Source: Pseudomonadota bacterium
GTDB taxonomy: Bacteria; Myxococcota_A; Polyangia; Polyangiales; Polyangiaceae
DNA length: 64,000 nucleotides
Direction of reading: 5' to 3'
NCBI GenBank assembly: GCA_023432025.1
Contig: JAEYVE010000083.1
Coordinates: 4,244-68,243 of the forward strand
Shown here: one piece after another, positions 18,851 through 27,450 of the stretch
Position numbering within the stretch: position 1 is the stretch's first letter
Layout of the letters: the number at the start of each line of letters is the position of its first letter
The notes under the pieces: generated by a model
What the model was told of the DNA's origin: nothing
Seen by the model: only the letters and a program-made list of their open reading frames with translations
The model's database searches: none
Program-made: the position numbers and the translations under genes

Positions 18851-20596
18851 ATGCTCGCGAGCGGCTCGCTCCACGTTCTCTTGTGTTTGCTTTCCGCGTT
18901 GCTGAGCGGTGGCGTCGGCGTGTACGCGCTCCGCAGGCGCGTGCCGGGCGCGCTCCCCTTCGGCATGGCGGCGCTCAGCCAGTCCTTCTGGACGCTGGGC
19001 CACCTGGCAGAGTTTCTGACGGACTCGCTCGAAGGAAAGTTGCTCTGGGACAACTTGCAGTTCTTCGGGACTGCGGGTTGGGCCATCGCGTTCTTTTCCT
19101 TCGCGGCCGAGTATACGAATCGTCGTGCCGCTCGCAGTCGCTGGGTGTGGCTCGGGCACGCGGTCTTGGCGGTTCCGTACCTGGGCATGGTCGTCTTCGC
19201 GCCGCTCCATCCGTGGCTGCGCCCCTGGGCGGTGCTCGCGCGGCGGGGAAACCACTGGGTGCTGGACTATCCGTTCACGCCGGCTACGTGGGGGCTGTTC
19301 GTTTACCTCTTGGTGCTGTTTGGAGCGAGCGTCGGGTTCTTGGCCGAGCAAGCGCTGCGCGCTCCGCGAAAGAGCCAATATCGGCTGCAGAACGTCATCG
19401 TCATTTTGGGCGTGTTGATGCCGCTCGGTGGAATCACGCTGACCATGCTCGGCATCAGCTTCGGCGCTGAGCGTGACATGTCGCCCATCACGTTCGGCAT
19501 TTCGAACGCGGTCGTGGCGTGGGGGCTGTTTCGTCATCGCTTACTCGATCTCGTGCCCATCGCTCGAGATCTCGTCATCGAAAACTTGCGCGCGGGGGTC
19601 ATCGTTTTGGACTCCGAGGGGCGCGTGGTGGACCTCAACCCGAGCGCGCGTGAGCGGCTGTCGCGCACGAACGACGTCATGGTCGGGCAGCTCGCGAGCG
19701 AGGTGCTGGGTCCCTGGGCAGAAATGGCCCAAGGGGCGCCGGACGGACCGAGCAGTCGGCGTCGCGTCATCAGTGATCCGGTGCAAAAGCGTCACCACGA
19801 GCTCACCGTCGTGCCTCTCCGGGACCGCTGGGGCGGGGTACAGGGCCGAGTGATCGTCGCCTACGACGTGACGGCGCTGAAGGAAGCGGAGCAGGAGCTC
19901 GTGCGTCAAAACGTGCGGCTCGAAAACATCAACAAGGAGCTGGACGCCTTCAGCTTCTCGGTGTCTCACGATCTTCGCGCGCCGCTCCGCGCGGTGGAAG
20001 GGTTCGCCACCCTCTTGCGCCAGGAGTGCGCCGTGGCGTTGGGAGAGGAGGGCCGGCGTTACCTCGGGTTCATCGACGACGGCGTGCGTCGCATGCAGGG
20101 GCTCATTTCTTCTCTGCTCGAGCTGGCTCGGGTCAGTCGCCGCACGCTCCAGCGAAAGCCCGTGGAGGTGTCCGGGTTGGTGCACGAGGTGGTCCAGGAT
20201 CTGGCGCCGGAGCTGGAAGGGCGCGAGGTGGACATCGTCGTGATGGATCTGCCGCCGTGCAGCGCAGATCCCACGCTGCTGCGACAAGTCGTGGCCAACC
20301 TCCTGGGGAACGCCGTGAAGTTCACGCGAGACCGTACGCCAGCGCGTATCGAGGTGGGGTGGCTCGAGGGGAACGAGCTCACCTACTTCGTCAAGGACAA
20401 CGGCGTCGGCTTCGACATGAAGTACGCGGATCGTTTGTTCGGAGTCTTCCAGAGACTCCACGACGTGAGCGAGTTCGAGGGCAACGGCGTGGGACTGGCC
20501 ACCGCGAACCGCATCGTCAGCCGTCACGGCGGGCGCATCTGGGCGGAGGGTGTCCTGGACCGCGGCACGACGGTCTACTTCACCCTGGGCTCGTAA
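18851..20596 (+). CDS. Sensor histidine kinase (N-terminal 7TM sensor region, PAS, HisKA, HATPase)
   Basis: About 7 TM helices, followed by FSFSVSHDLRAPLRAVEGF (H-box), NLLGNAVKF, KDNGVGFD and GNGVGLA. Confidence 0.85.
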   Translation: MLASGSLHVLLCLLSALLSGGVGVYALRRRVPGALPFGMAALSQSFWTLGHLAEFLTDSLEGKLLWDNLQFFGTAGWAIAFFSFAAEYTNRRAARSRWVWLGHAVLAVPYLGMVVFAPLHPWLRPWAVLARRGNHWVLDYPFTPATWGLFVYLLVLFGASVGFLAEQALRAPRKSQYRLQNVIVILGVLMPLGGITLTMLGISFGAERDMSPITFGISNAVVAWGLFRHRLLDLVPIARDLVIENLRAGVIVLDSEGRVVDLNPSARERLSRTNDVMVGQLASEVLGPWAEMAQGAPDGPSSRRRVISDPVQKRHHELTVVPLRDRWGGVQGRVIVAYDVTALKEAEQELVRQNVRLENINKELDAFSFSVSHDLRAPLRAVEGFATLLRQECAVALGEEGRRYLGFIDDGVRRMQGLISSLLELARVSRRTLQRKPVEVSGLVHEVVQDLAPELEGREVDIVVMDLPPCSADPTLLRQVVANLLGNAVKFTRDRTPARIEVGWLEGNELTYFVKDNGVGFDMKYADRLFGVFQRLHDVSEFEGNGVGLATANRIVSRHGGRIWAEGVLDRGTTVYFTLGS

Positions 20597-20712
20597 CGAC
20601 CTTCGTGGGACGCCCCCGGGTGGACGCGAAAGTTCGTGTCGCTCTCGGGTTTCCGTGGGCGTCAAACGGCGGAATGTCGGGGAATTCTCGCGTATTCGGG
20701 GCTGCGCCCACG

Positions 20713-20728
20713 TGGCACACGGGTTGCT
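20713..20728 (+). promoter_or_regulatory. Consensus sigma-54 (-24/-12) promoter
   Basis: TGGCACacgggTTGCT is an exact match to TGGCAC-N5-TTGCW. It sits in the 148-bp gap between the kinase stop (20596) and the response-regulator ATG (20745). Confidence 0.6.
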
Positions 20729-20744
20729 GAGTCCAGGGGACGCG

Positions 20745-21296
20745 ATGACTGCAATCAAGCGCCCACATGCCCTGGTCGTCGACGACGACCCGATTTCGCT
20801 CGAGGTCACCCGGCGCCGCCTCGAGGAGCTCGGCTTCGAGGTGGACGTGCGCGAGGACTCCCTCGGAACCTCGCGCTGGGTCCTCGAAAACCAGCCGGAC
20901 TTGGTGGTCCTGGACGTCATGATGCCGGCGCTCACGGGACCGGAGCTGGCCGCTGTGCTCAAGCGCAGCGCGCTCTGCGTGCAGATCCTGCTTCAGTCGA
21001 GCAAGCCGCAAGCCGAGGTGGAGCTCTTGGCGCGCTCGGTAGGGGCGCTCGGTGGTATTTCGAAGGAGCTCGGTGACGAGGCGTTCAAGGCGACGTTCGT
21101 GCGGCTCGCGCACCCGACGTGCGGCGCGAGCGTGGGCGCTCCCCTGACCGAGGGGAACGACGGTGGGGCCGAGGCGCCCGCCGCGGCGCGCGGTGGACGC
21201 GGTCAACGAAGCCAGCCCGCTTTCCAAGCGAGTGGCGCGCGGCTCGCGAGGGAGGACGACGACCGCCACGCCTCGGACCGAGGAGACGTGTCGTGA
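20745..21296 (+). CDS. Single-domain response regulator (REC only, plus a disordered C-terminal tail)
   Basis: HALVVDDDP...DLVVLDVMMPALTG carries the acidic pocket and the phospho-acceptor Asp. No output domain is present. ATG at 20745 within ORF 20550..21296. Confidence 0.8.
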   Translation: MTAIKRPHALVVDDDPISLEVTRRRLEELGFEVDVREDSLGTSRWVLENQPDLVVLDVMMPALTGPELAAVLKRSALCVQILLQSSKPQAEVELLARSVGALGGISKELGDEAFKATFVRLAHPTCGASVGAPLTEGNDGGAEAPAAARGGRGQRSQPAFQASGARLAREDDDRHASDRGDVS

Positions 21297-21307
21297 GCGC
21301 CCGCGCC

Positions 21308-22816
21308 ATGAGCCCAGCAAGAGCGCCGCGCAGCGGCGCGCGGACCGATCCTGCGCGCCGCGCGCGCGCTGCACGCTCGAACGAGTCAGGGCGCCGGTCG
21401 CCCCTGGCTCGGTTGAGGGCGGCTTTCACCGTCTACTCGTGGGTCACGGCTTGCTTGCTCTCGGGGCTGACGTTCGTTTTCGTCCTCCGGAGCGCAGGCC
21501 CACTCCGCCCCCACATTCTGGTTGCGAATGGACTGACCACGGCGTGCGCGGTCGCGCTGGGGCTTCTTTTCGTCGGCCTCTACGTGAGACCGCTGCTCCG
21601 CGAGGAGGAGGCGGCGCTCCGAGAGCGGGACACGGAGCTGGCCCGCGCCCAAGCGACGACGCGACGAAAGAGCGAGCTCTTGGCGCACGTGAGCGACGAA
21701 ATTCGTACCCCGATGAGCGGCGTTTTCGGCATGAGTGAGCTCTTGCTCGAAACGGAGCTCACTCCGCGTCAGCACCGCTACGCGTCGACAGTGCAAAGCT
21801 CCGCGGGCGCTCTCTTGAGCCTCCTGAACGACCTGCGTGATCTCTCGAAGATCGAGGCGGGCAAGTTGGAGATCGTCGCGACCGACTGCGACGTACGGCG
21901 CACGGTGGAGGAGGTCGCGGACCGCGCTGCGGCGGGTCGTGGGCACAAACGTTTGAACGTTACCGTGCACGTGAGCAAGTCGGTGCCGGCGCTGGTGCGC
22001 TGCGACCGCGAGCGGCTGCGCCAGGTTCTGACGCACCTCGCCGGTAACGCGGTCAAATTCACCGAGCGAGGTGAGGTGGTGCTCTCCGTCGAGGTCATCA
22101 CCACGGACTCGGCCACGGCGCAGCTGCGTTTCTCGGTGCAGGATACGGGCATCGGTATTCCGCGCTTCTTCCAGAATCGTCTCTTCGAGGCGTTCTCGGA
22201 GGTGAGCGGGTCGCCCCCGGGGCGCCGCGGCGGCGCGGGTCTCGGGCTCGCCATTTCCCGTCAGCTGGTGCGCATGATGGGCGGAGAAATCGGTGTGGAG
22301 AGCGAGGTCGGGGTGGGAAGTCGCTTTTGGTTCACGCTTCCGGTCGAGGTGTCCTCACCACGGCGCGTCGTCGAAAACCCACCAGCGCAGAAGCGGGCGG
22401 AGCCAGGGGACGCGACGAGGGCGCGAACGCGCCAGCGCGCGGGGCTCGAGACCGTACGCCTGCGTCGCTCGTCCGCTCTGGATCCCGCCACCAAGCGGAG
22501 CGCCGTCGTCGCGGAAATGTTCTTGCGCCTCGTGCCCTCGCAGGTCGACGCCATCGCCGCCGCCTCGGGAGAGGAGCACGGCAGCTCGGTGAGCCACGGA
22601 GCGCACCGCTTGAAGGGGAGCTGTCTTTCGGTGGGCGCGGTGGCGATGGCACGCGTCTGTGGGGAGCTCGTGGCGGAGCCGGAGCGCTCGGAGGAGCTGG
22701 TCGGGGAGCTCCGGGAGCATTTCGAGGCGGTCAAGGCCGAGCTCGAGTACGAGCTGGCCCGGCGCGAGACGTCCGGGGGCTCGTTGGTGGTCCACGCAGG
22801 GAGTCGCCCCTCATGA
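21308..22816 (+). CDS. Membrane histidine kinase with a C-terminal HPt domain and no receiver domain
   Basis: H-box LAHVSDEIRTPMSGV, N-box HLAGNAVKF, G-boxes QDTGIGI and GGAGLGLAISRQL, and a C-terminal HPt motif GAHRLKGSCLSVGA. An alternative GTG start at 21293 overlaps the RR stop (GTGA). Confidence 0.85.
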   Translation: MSPARAPRSGARTDPARRARAARSNESGRRSPLARLRAAFTVYSWVTACLLSGLTFVFVLRSAGPLRPHILVANGLTTACAVALGLLFVGLYVRPLLREEEAALRERDTELARAQATTRRKSELLAHVSDEIRTPMSGVFGMSELLLETELTPRQHRYASTVQSSAGALLSLLNDLRDLSKIEAGKLEIVATDCDVRRTVEEVADRAAAGRGHKRLNVTVHVSKSVPALVRCDRERLRQVLTHLAGNAVKFTERGEVVLSVEVITTDSATAQLRFSVQDTGIGIPRFFQNRLFEAFSEVSGSPPGRRGGAGLGLAISRQLVRMMGGEIGVESEVGVGSRFWFTLPVEVSSPRRVVENPPAQKRAEPGDATRARTRQRAGLETVRLRRSSALDPATKRSAVVAEMFLRLVPSQVDAIAAASGEEHGSSVSHGAHRLKGSCLSVGAVAMARVCGELVAEPERSEELVGELREHFEAVKAELEYELARRETSGGSLVVHAGSRPS

Positions 22817-22870
22817 CGCGCGGGGTCGCGTGGTACTGTCCTCGCGGGATCGCGAGGGGAGCTACGAACG

Positions 22871-24841
22871 GTGAGACGAATCGGGGTGCGGGTGCTTCTG
22901 GTGGAAGACAGCCCCGCGGACGCGGAGCTCTTGTTGCACGCGCTCCGTGCGGGTGGGTTCGAGCCAGAGAGTGAGCGCGTGTTTCGCGAGGCCGACTTTC
23001 GCGCGGCGCTCTCGCGAAGACCGCTGCCCGACGTGATTCTGGCGGACTACACCATGCCCTCGTTCAGCGGGCTCGGCGCCTTGCGCATCTTGCGCGAGCT
23101 CGGCTTGGACGTGCCCTTTCTCGTGGTGACCGGCACCATCGGCGAAGAGCTCGCGGTGGAGTGTATGCGCGAGGGCGCGGCGGACTACCTCTTGAAAGAT
23201 CGCCTCACGCGCCTCGGTCCGGCGGTGGGTCGCGCGCTGGAAGAACACGGCCTCCGCGAGTCGAAACGTGCCGCGGAGGAGGCGCTTCGCGAACGTCTAC
23301 AGTTCGAGCAGTTCTTGACCGAGCACTCGACGCGCTTGCTGCACGCCCGCGCGGACGATCTGGACGCCGTCATGGCCGAGGCGCTCCGCACGCTCGCCGA
23401 GAGCGTCGGGTTTCATCGGGCGCACATCGTTCTGTTCGACGACGCTCGCGAAACGCTCCGCGTCTACGCCGCTTGGTCTGCGCCCGGTGTTCCGGCTCTC
23501 GCGGTAGAGCACACGTCGCTTGCACGCGCCGGTTGGCCGCTGACGCTCGTCGCCGGGGGACAGCGTGTGGTCGCGGGGCGGGAGGAAATCGAGCGAAAGG
23601 CGCCGTCTTTCGGCTTGGTCACCGATCCGGAGCTCGAGTTCGTGGTGCTATTTCCTCTGTTCATCGAGGGCGCCGTCGTCGGGGCCATCGGCTTTCAGAA
23701 GCGGCGCGGCGGCGCGCCCCTCTCGCACGGCTTGGAGGCGCGTCTCAACCTCGCCGGAGAAATGGTGGCGGGCGCGCTCGCGCGCAAGCGCGCCGAGGAA
23801 CGCCGCCAGGCGGCGTTCCAAGAGCTCGGGCGGCTGAAGCAGGCGGCCGAGAGCGAGCGCGACTACCTGCGCGAAGAGCTGCAGGTGGAGCACGGCAGCG
23901 GCATCGTGGGTTCGAGCCCCGGCATTCAACGCGTACTCGAGCTCGTGCGGGCGGTCGCCGGCACCAAAGCGACGGTGCTCGTGCGCGGCGAGTCGGGTGT
24001 GGGCAAGGAGCTCGTCGCGCGCGCCATTCACGCGCAGAGCCCGCGCGCCTCGGGGCCGCTGGTCAAGGTGAACTGCGCGTCCATTCCCAAGGAGCTGTTC
24101 GAGAGCGAGTTCTTCGGGCACGTCAAAGGCTCGTTCACCGGCGCGCACAAGAACCGGCTGGGGCGCTTCGAGCTGGCGGACGGCGGCACGCTCTTCTTGG
24201 ACGAGGTCGGAGAAATTCCGCTCGAAATGCAGGCAAAATTCCTGCGTGTTCTGCAAGAAAGCGAGTTCGAGCGCGTGGGGGACGACCGCACGCGGCGCGT
24301 GGACGTGCGCATCGTGGCGGCGACCAATCGGGACCTCGAGGCGGAGGCCCAAGCCGGAAAGTTCCGCGCGGATCTGTACTACCGGCTGGGCGTGTTCCCA
24401 GTAGAGGTGCCGCCGCTGCGCGCGCGTCGCGAGGACATCGTGCCCCTCGCCGAGCATCTCTTGGAGCTTCGCTGTCGCGAGCTGGGTCGCACCGGGCTCA
24501 GGCTGGACGAGGAGCACAAGCAGCTACTCATGCGCTACGAATGGCCGGGCAACGTGCGGGAGCTGTCGCACGTGCTCGAACGCGCGGTGATTCTGGCTCA
24601 AGGTGGGCCGCTTCGGCTCGAGGCAGCTCTGAACGTGTCCGCGCAGGTTCCTTCGGACGCTCCGGTGTCGGGCGTCATCCTGAAGGAAGACGAGCTTCGG
24701 CGCCTCGAGCGGCGGAACCTGCAAGCTGCGCTCGAAAAGGCGGAGTGGCGCATCAGCGGCCCTCAGGGAGCGGCGGAGCTGCTCGGCATTCATCCATCGA
24801 CCTTACGCGACCGGATGAAGGCGCTCGGCGTTCAGAAGTAG
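22871..24841 (+). CDS. Sigma-54-dependent transcriptional activator (REC, GAF, AAA+, Fis-type HTH)
   Basis: REC segment VLLVEDSPAD...ILADYTMP. Walker A GESGVGKE, GAFTGA-type loop GSFTGA, and ESEFERVGD. The C-terminal HTH reads GAAELLGIHPSTLRDRMKALGV. Confidence 0.9.
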   Translation: MRRIGVRVLLVEDSPADAELLLHALRAGGFEPESERVFREADFRAALSRRPLPDVILADYTMPSFSGLGALRILRELGLDVPFLVVTGTIGEELAVECMREGAADYLLKDRLTRLGPAVGRALEEHGLRESKRAAEEALRERLQFEQFLTEHSTRLLHARADDLDAVMAEALRTLAESVGFHRAHIVLFDDARETLRVYAAWSAPGVPALAVEHTSLARAGWPLTLVAGGQRVVAGREEIERKAPSFGLVTDPELEFVVLFPLFIEGAVVGAIGFQKRRGGAPLSHGLEARLNLAGEMVAGALARKRAEERRQAAFQELGRLKQAAESERDYLREELQVEHGSGIVGSSPGIQRVLELVRAVAGTKATVLVRGESGVGKELVARAIHAQSPRASGPLVKVNCASIPKELFESEFFGHVKGSFTGAHKNRLGRFELADGGTLFLDEVGEIPLEMQAKFLRVLQESEFERVGDDRTRRVDVRIVAATNRDLEAEAQAGKFRADLYYRLGVFPVEVPPLRARREDIVPLAEHLLELRCRELGRTGLRLDEEHKQLLMRYEWPGNVRELSHVLERAVILAQGGPLRLEAALNVSAQVPSDAPVSGVILKEDELRRLERRNLQAALEKAEWRISGPQGAAELLGIHPSTLRDRMKALGVQK

Positions 24842-25140
24842 TCGAGAGCGGGGGTGCGAGGGACGGGGGCGGCGCGGCTGGGTCGCGCGCGCGCCCAGCC
24901 TCCCGGAGGAGACGCTGCGCAGCGTGTCGAGAGGAGGACGCGCGCGGAGAAGGGATCGGTCGGGGGGGGACGGAAGCGGAGTTCAGCTGCGGAGGCGGGA
25001 ATATTCTCGGGGAACGTCCGGTTGGGGAAACGTGCAGGTCGCGGATTTCTGCCGTGCTTCGCGGGCGATGAGCGAAGAATGAGCGGCGGCGTTGCCCTGT
25101 GGCGGTCCCCTCGGGTTAACCTTGCCTTGGAGGGAATGGA

Positions 25141-26118
25141 ATGGGAGCAAACATCGGCTCGTCGAAGTGCCCAATCTGTCGCGGAGGGACGTCCTTGTCG
25201 TTCTCTGCGCCGTGTGATTACAGAAAGCCGAACGACTCGAAGCGGTACGACGTGCACTGGTGCGCGACGTGTAATTACGGCCACGTTTGGGAGAGACCGA
25301 CGCCGACCGAGGTGCGGGAGTTTTACGCCCTCGAGTACTACACGCACGAGCACTTCTCGACGCAGGGCGGTTCGGCGAACAAGGAAACGTTTCTCGACAA
25401 GCTGCGCACGCATTTGTCGTGGCGCTTCGACGAGAGCGAGGACCTGTCGCCGAGCGAAGTGGCGCCGTGGATCGCCGGAGAGGGTCTGTCCGTGCTCGAG
25501 ATTGGCTGCGGCAACGGTACCAACTTGCGCAAGTTCTTGGACCAGGGGTTTCGCGCCGTCGGCGTGGAGCCGGATCCCCGCGCTTGCGAGGCGGTCAACG
25601 GCGCGGGCATGGTCGCGTTTCCCGGAACGGCGGAGGACCTGCCGAGCGAGGTGCGCGAGCAAAGGTTCAACGTCGTGCTCATGGCGCACGTGCTGGAGCA
25701 TTGCTTGGACGTGAACGCCGCCGTGGAGAGCGCCCAGGGCGTCTTGGACGAACAGGGACTCTTGGTGATTGAAACGCCGAACAATCAGGCGCAAGGCTTC
25801 AAGTTGTACGAGGCGAGCTGGCCGTGGTCGGACATTCCTCGGCATTTGAATTTCTTTACGCCGACGAGCCTGAAGCGCTTGCTCGAAAAGCACGGCTTCG
25901 AGGTCGTGTCCGAGAAGTACGCGGGCTACTACCGGCAGTTTACGAACTCCTGGCTCGAAACGGAGGAGCAGATCTGGCGCTCGTTCGCCGGGCGTGAGTC
26001 GTCGCGTCGGGCCATGCCGAACTTCAAGCTGCGCGCGTGGAAGCTGCTCTTGAAGACGGTGCTGTCTCCGAGCGCAGAAAAGTACGATTCGGTTCGCCTG
26101 ATCGCTCGTCGGGCCTGA
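25141..26118 (+). CDS. Class I SAM-dependent methyltransferase with an N-terminal four-Cys zinc-ribbon-like motif
   Basis: CPICRGG...CATCNYG, followed by SAM motif I VLEIGCGNGTNL. Its GC content is visibly lower than that of flanking genes. Confidence 0.75.
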   Translation: MGANIGSSKCPICRGGTSLSFSAPCDYRKPNDSKRYDVHWCATCNYGHVWERPTPTEVREFYALEYYTHEHFSTQGGSANKETFLDKLRTHLSWRFDESEDLSPSEVAPWIAGEGLSVLEIGCGNGTNLRKFLDQGFRAVGVEPDPRACEAVNGAGMVAFPGTAEDLPSEVREQRFNVVLMAHVLEHCLDVNAAVESAQGVLDEQGLLVIETPNNQAQGFKLYEASWPWSDIPRHLNFFTPTSLKRLLEKHGFEVVSEKYAGYYRQFTNSWLETEEQIWRSFAGRESSRRAMPNFKLRAWKLLLKTVLSPSAEKYDSVRLIARRA

Positions 26119-26466
26119 GCCATCGACGCGGCGGCGCGAAGTCGTTCCCCGGGACCGGCGCGCGGAGACGAATCGCCGTCGCGCGGGGTGCGCGCAGACG
26201 GTCGTCGTCGCAGGCCGAGGTGGCACTCCCTGCGACCGAGCCCCCGTCGTCCCTACAGCGGCCGAGCGAGCCAGGGGGCGAGCCGAGGTGCGGGGCGTGT
26301 CTTGCGCTTCGTTCGTGCGGATCTCAGCGCGACTTTGCGCCGCTCGAAGCACCTGAAGTTTTGTACCCTGCCGGGGAGGTTTCTAACCTCCCGAAGTTAC
26401 GACGGAGAAGGCCGTGGCGTGCTTGCCAAAAGCACAGCGAGGTGCTCCCCTGGCTTGGGGCGACCC

Positions 26467-27450
26467 ATGAAATCCCAGGCTTTGATCGACGCCATCGTGC
26501 GCCAAACGACGGTCCTCATCGCGAGGCTGTCGACCGCGGAGGGGGCGCGCTCTCCGCTGGGGCACATTGCGGGCGAGGTCTTTACCGGCCTGGTGAACGA
26601 GCTCGAAAATCAGGGCGTGAGCAAGAAGGTCATCGCCGACATGTTCGGCATGGCGCTGCGCTCGTATCGACAGAAGGTGCAGCGGCTCGGCGAGTCCGCG
26701 ACCTCGCGTGGCGTCACTCTCTGGAGCGCGGTGCAAACGTACCTGGGCGCGCGGGAGTCGACCACGCGTGCGGAGCTTCTGGAGCGCTTTCAGTACGACG
26801 AAGAAGCGTCCGTGCGTGGTATTTTGAACGATCTCGTCGAGAGCGGCTTCGTGATTCGCTCGGGGCGCGGCGAGGACACGCGCTATCGTATGGCGACCGA
26901 GGAGGAGCTCCGCGATTGCGGCGCCGCGAGCGATGCCAACGCTGGAGAATCCCTCGCGGCGCTCCTCTGGTTGCACGTTTACCGTGAGGGGCCGACGACG
27001 ATTGAGCGACTCACGCAGCTGGTGTCCGTTTCCCGCGAGGCGGTGGAGGCGGCCATGGAGTCGCTCGCCGCGGGCGGGCGCGTGCGGCGCGACGGGGACG
27101 TGTACGTGACCGAAGAGGTGCTCATCCCCATCGGCGAGGCGGCGGGTTGGGAGGCCGCCATTGCGGACCACCACCGCGCGGTGTTGAACGCCATCGCGGC
27201 CAAAATCACGAGCGGCGCGCGCGTTTCGGCCAAGAGCGACGAGGTGGGCGGCACCACGCTCACCTTCGATCTGTGGCCGGGGCACCCGATGGAGCCAGAG
27301 GTGCGGCGCCTTCTAGCGACCACGCGCGGAACGATTTTGCCGCTTTGGGAGGCCCTCACCGAGTACAACAAGACGCACCAAGGCTCGGGCGCCTACCAAG
27401 TTCATTATTATTGCGGGCAGTACGTCGTTTCCGAGGAAATCATCTCATGA
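26467..27450 (+). CDS. Hypothetical cytoplasmic protein with two winged-helix-like segments
   Basis: ATG at 26467 within ORF 26188..27450. Two MarR-like stretches are present: TTRAELLERF...ILNDLVESGFVIRSGRGEDTRYRM and TTIERLTQLVSVSREAVEAAMESLAAGGRVRRDGDVYV. Its stop overlaps the next start (ATGA). Confidence 0.55.
   Translation: MKSQALIDAIVRQTTVLIARLSTAEGARSPLGHIAGEVFTGLVNELENQGVSKKVIADMFGMALRSYRQKVQRLGESATSRGVTLWSAVQTYLGARESTTRAELLERFQYDEEASVRGILNDLVESGFVIRSGRGEDTRYRMATEEELRDCGAASDANAGESLAALLWLHVYREGPTTIERLTQLVSVSREAVEAAMESLAAGGRVRRDGDVYVTEEVLIPIGEAAGWEAAIADHHRAVLNAIAAKITSGARVSAKSDEVGGTTLTFDLWPGHPMEPEVRRLLATTRGTILPLWEALTEYNKTHQGSGAYQVHYYCGQYVVSEEIIS

Noticed and set aside
26221-26236. TGGCACtccctGCGA, in the spacer upstream of the wHTH gene.
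   Set aside because: The GC dinucleotide is 8 nt, not 10 nt, from the GG, and there is no TTGC. It fails the strict sigma-54 spacing.
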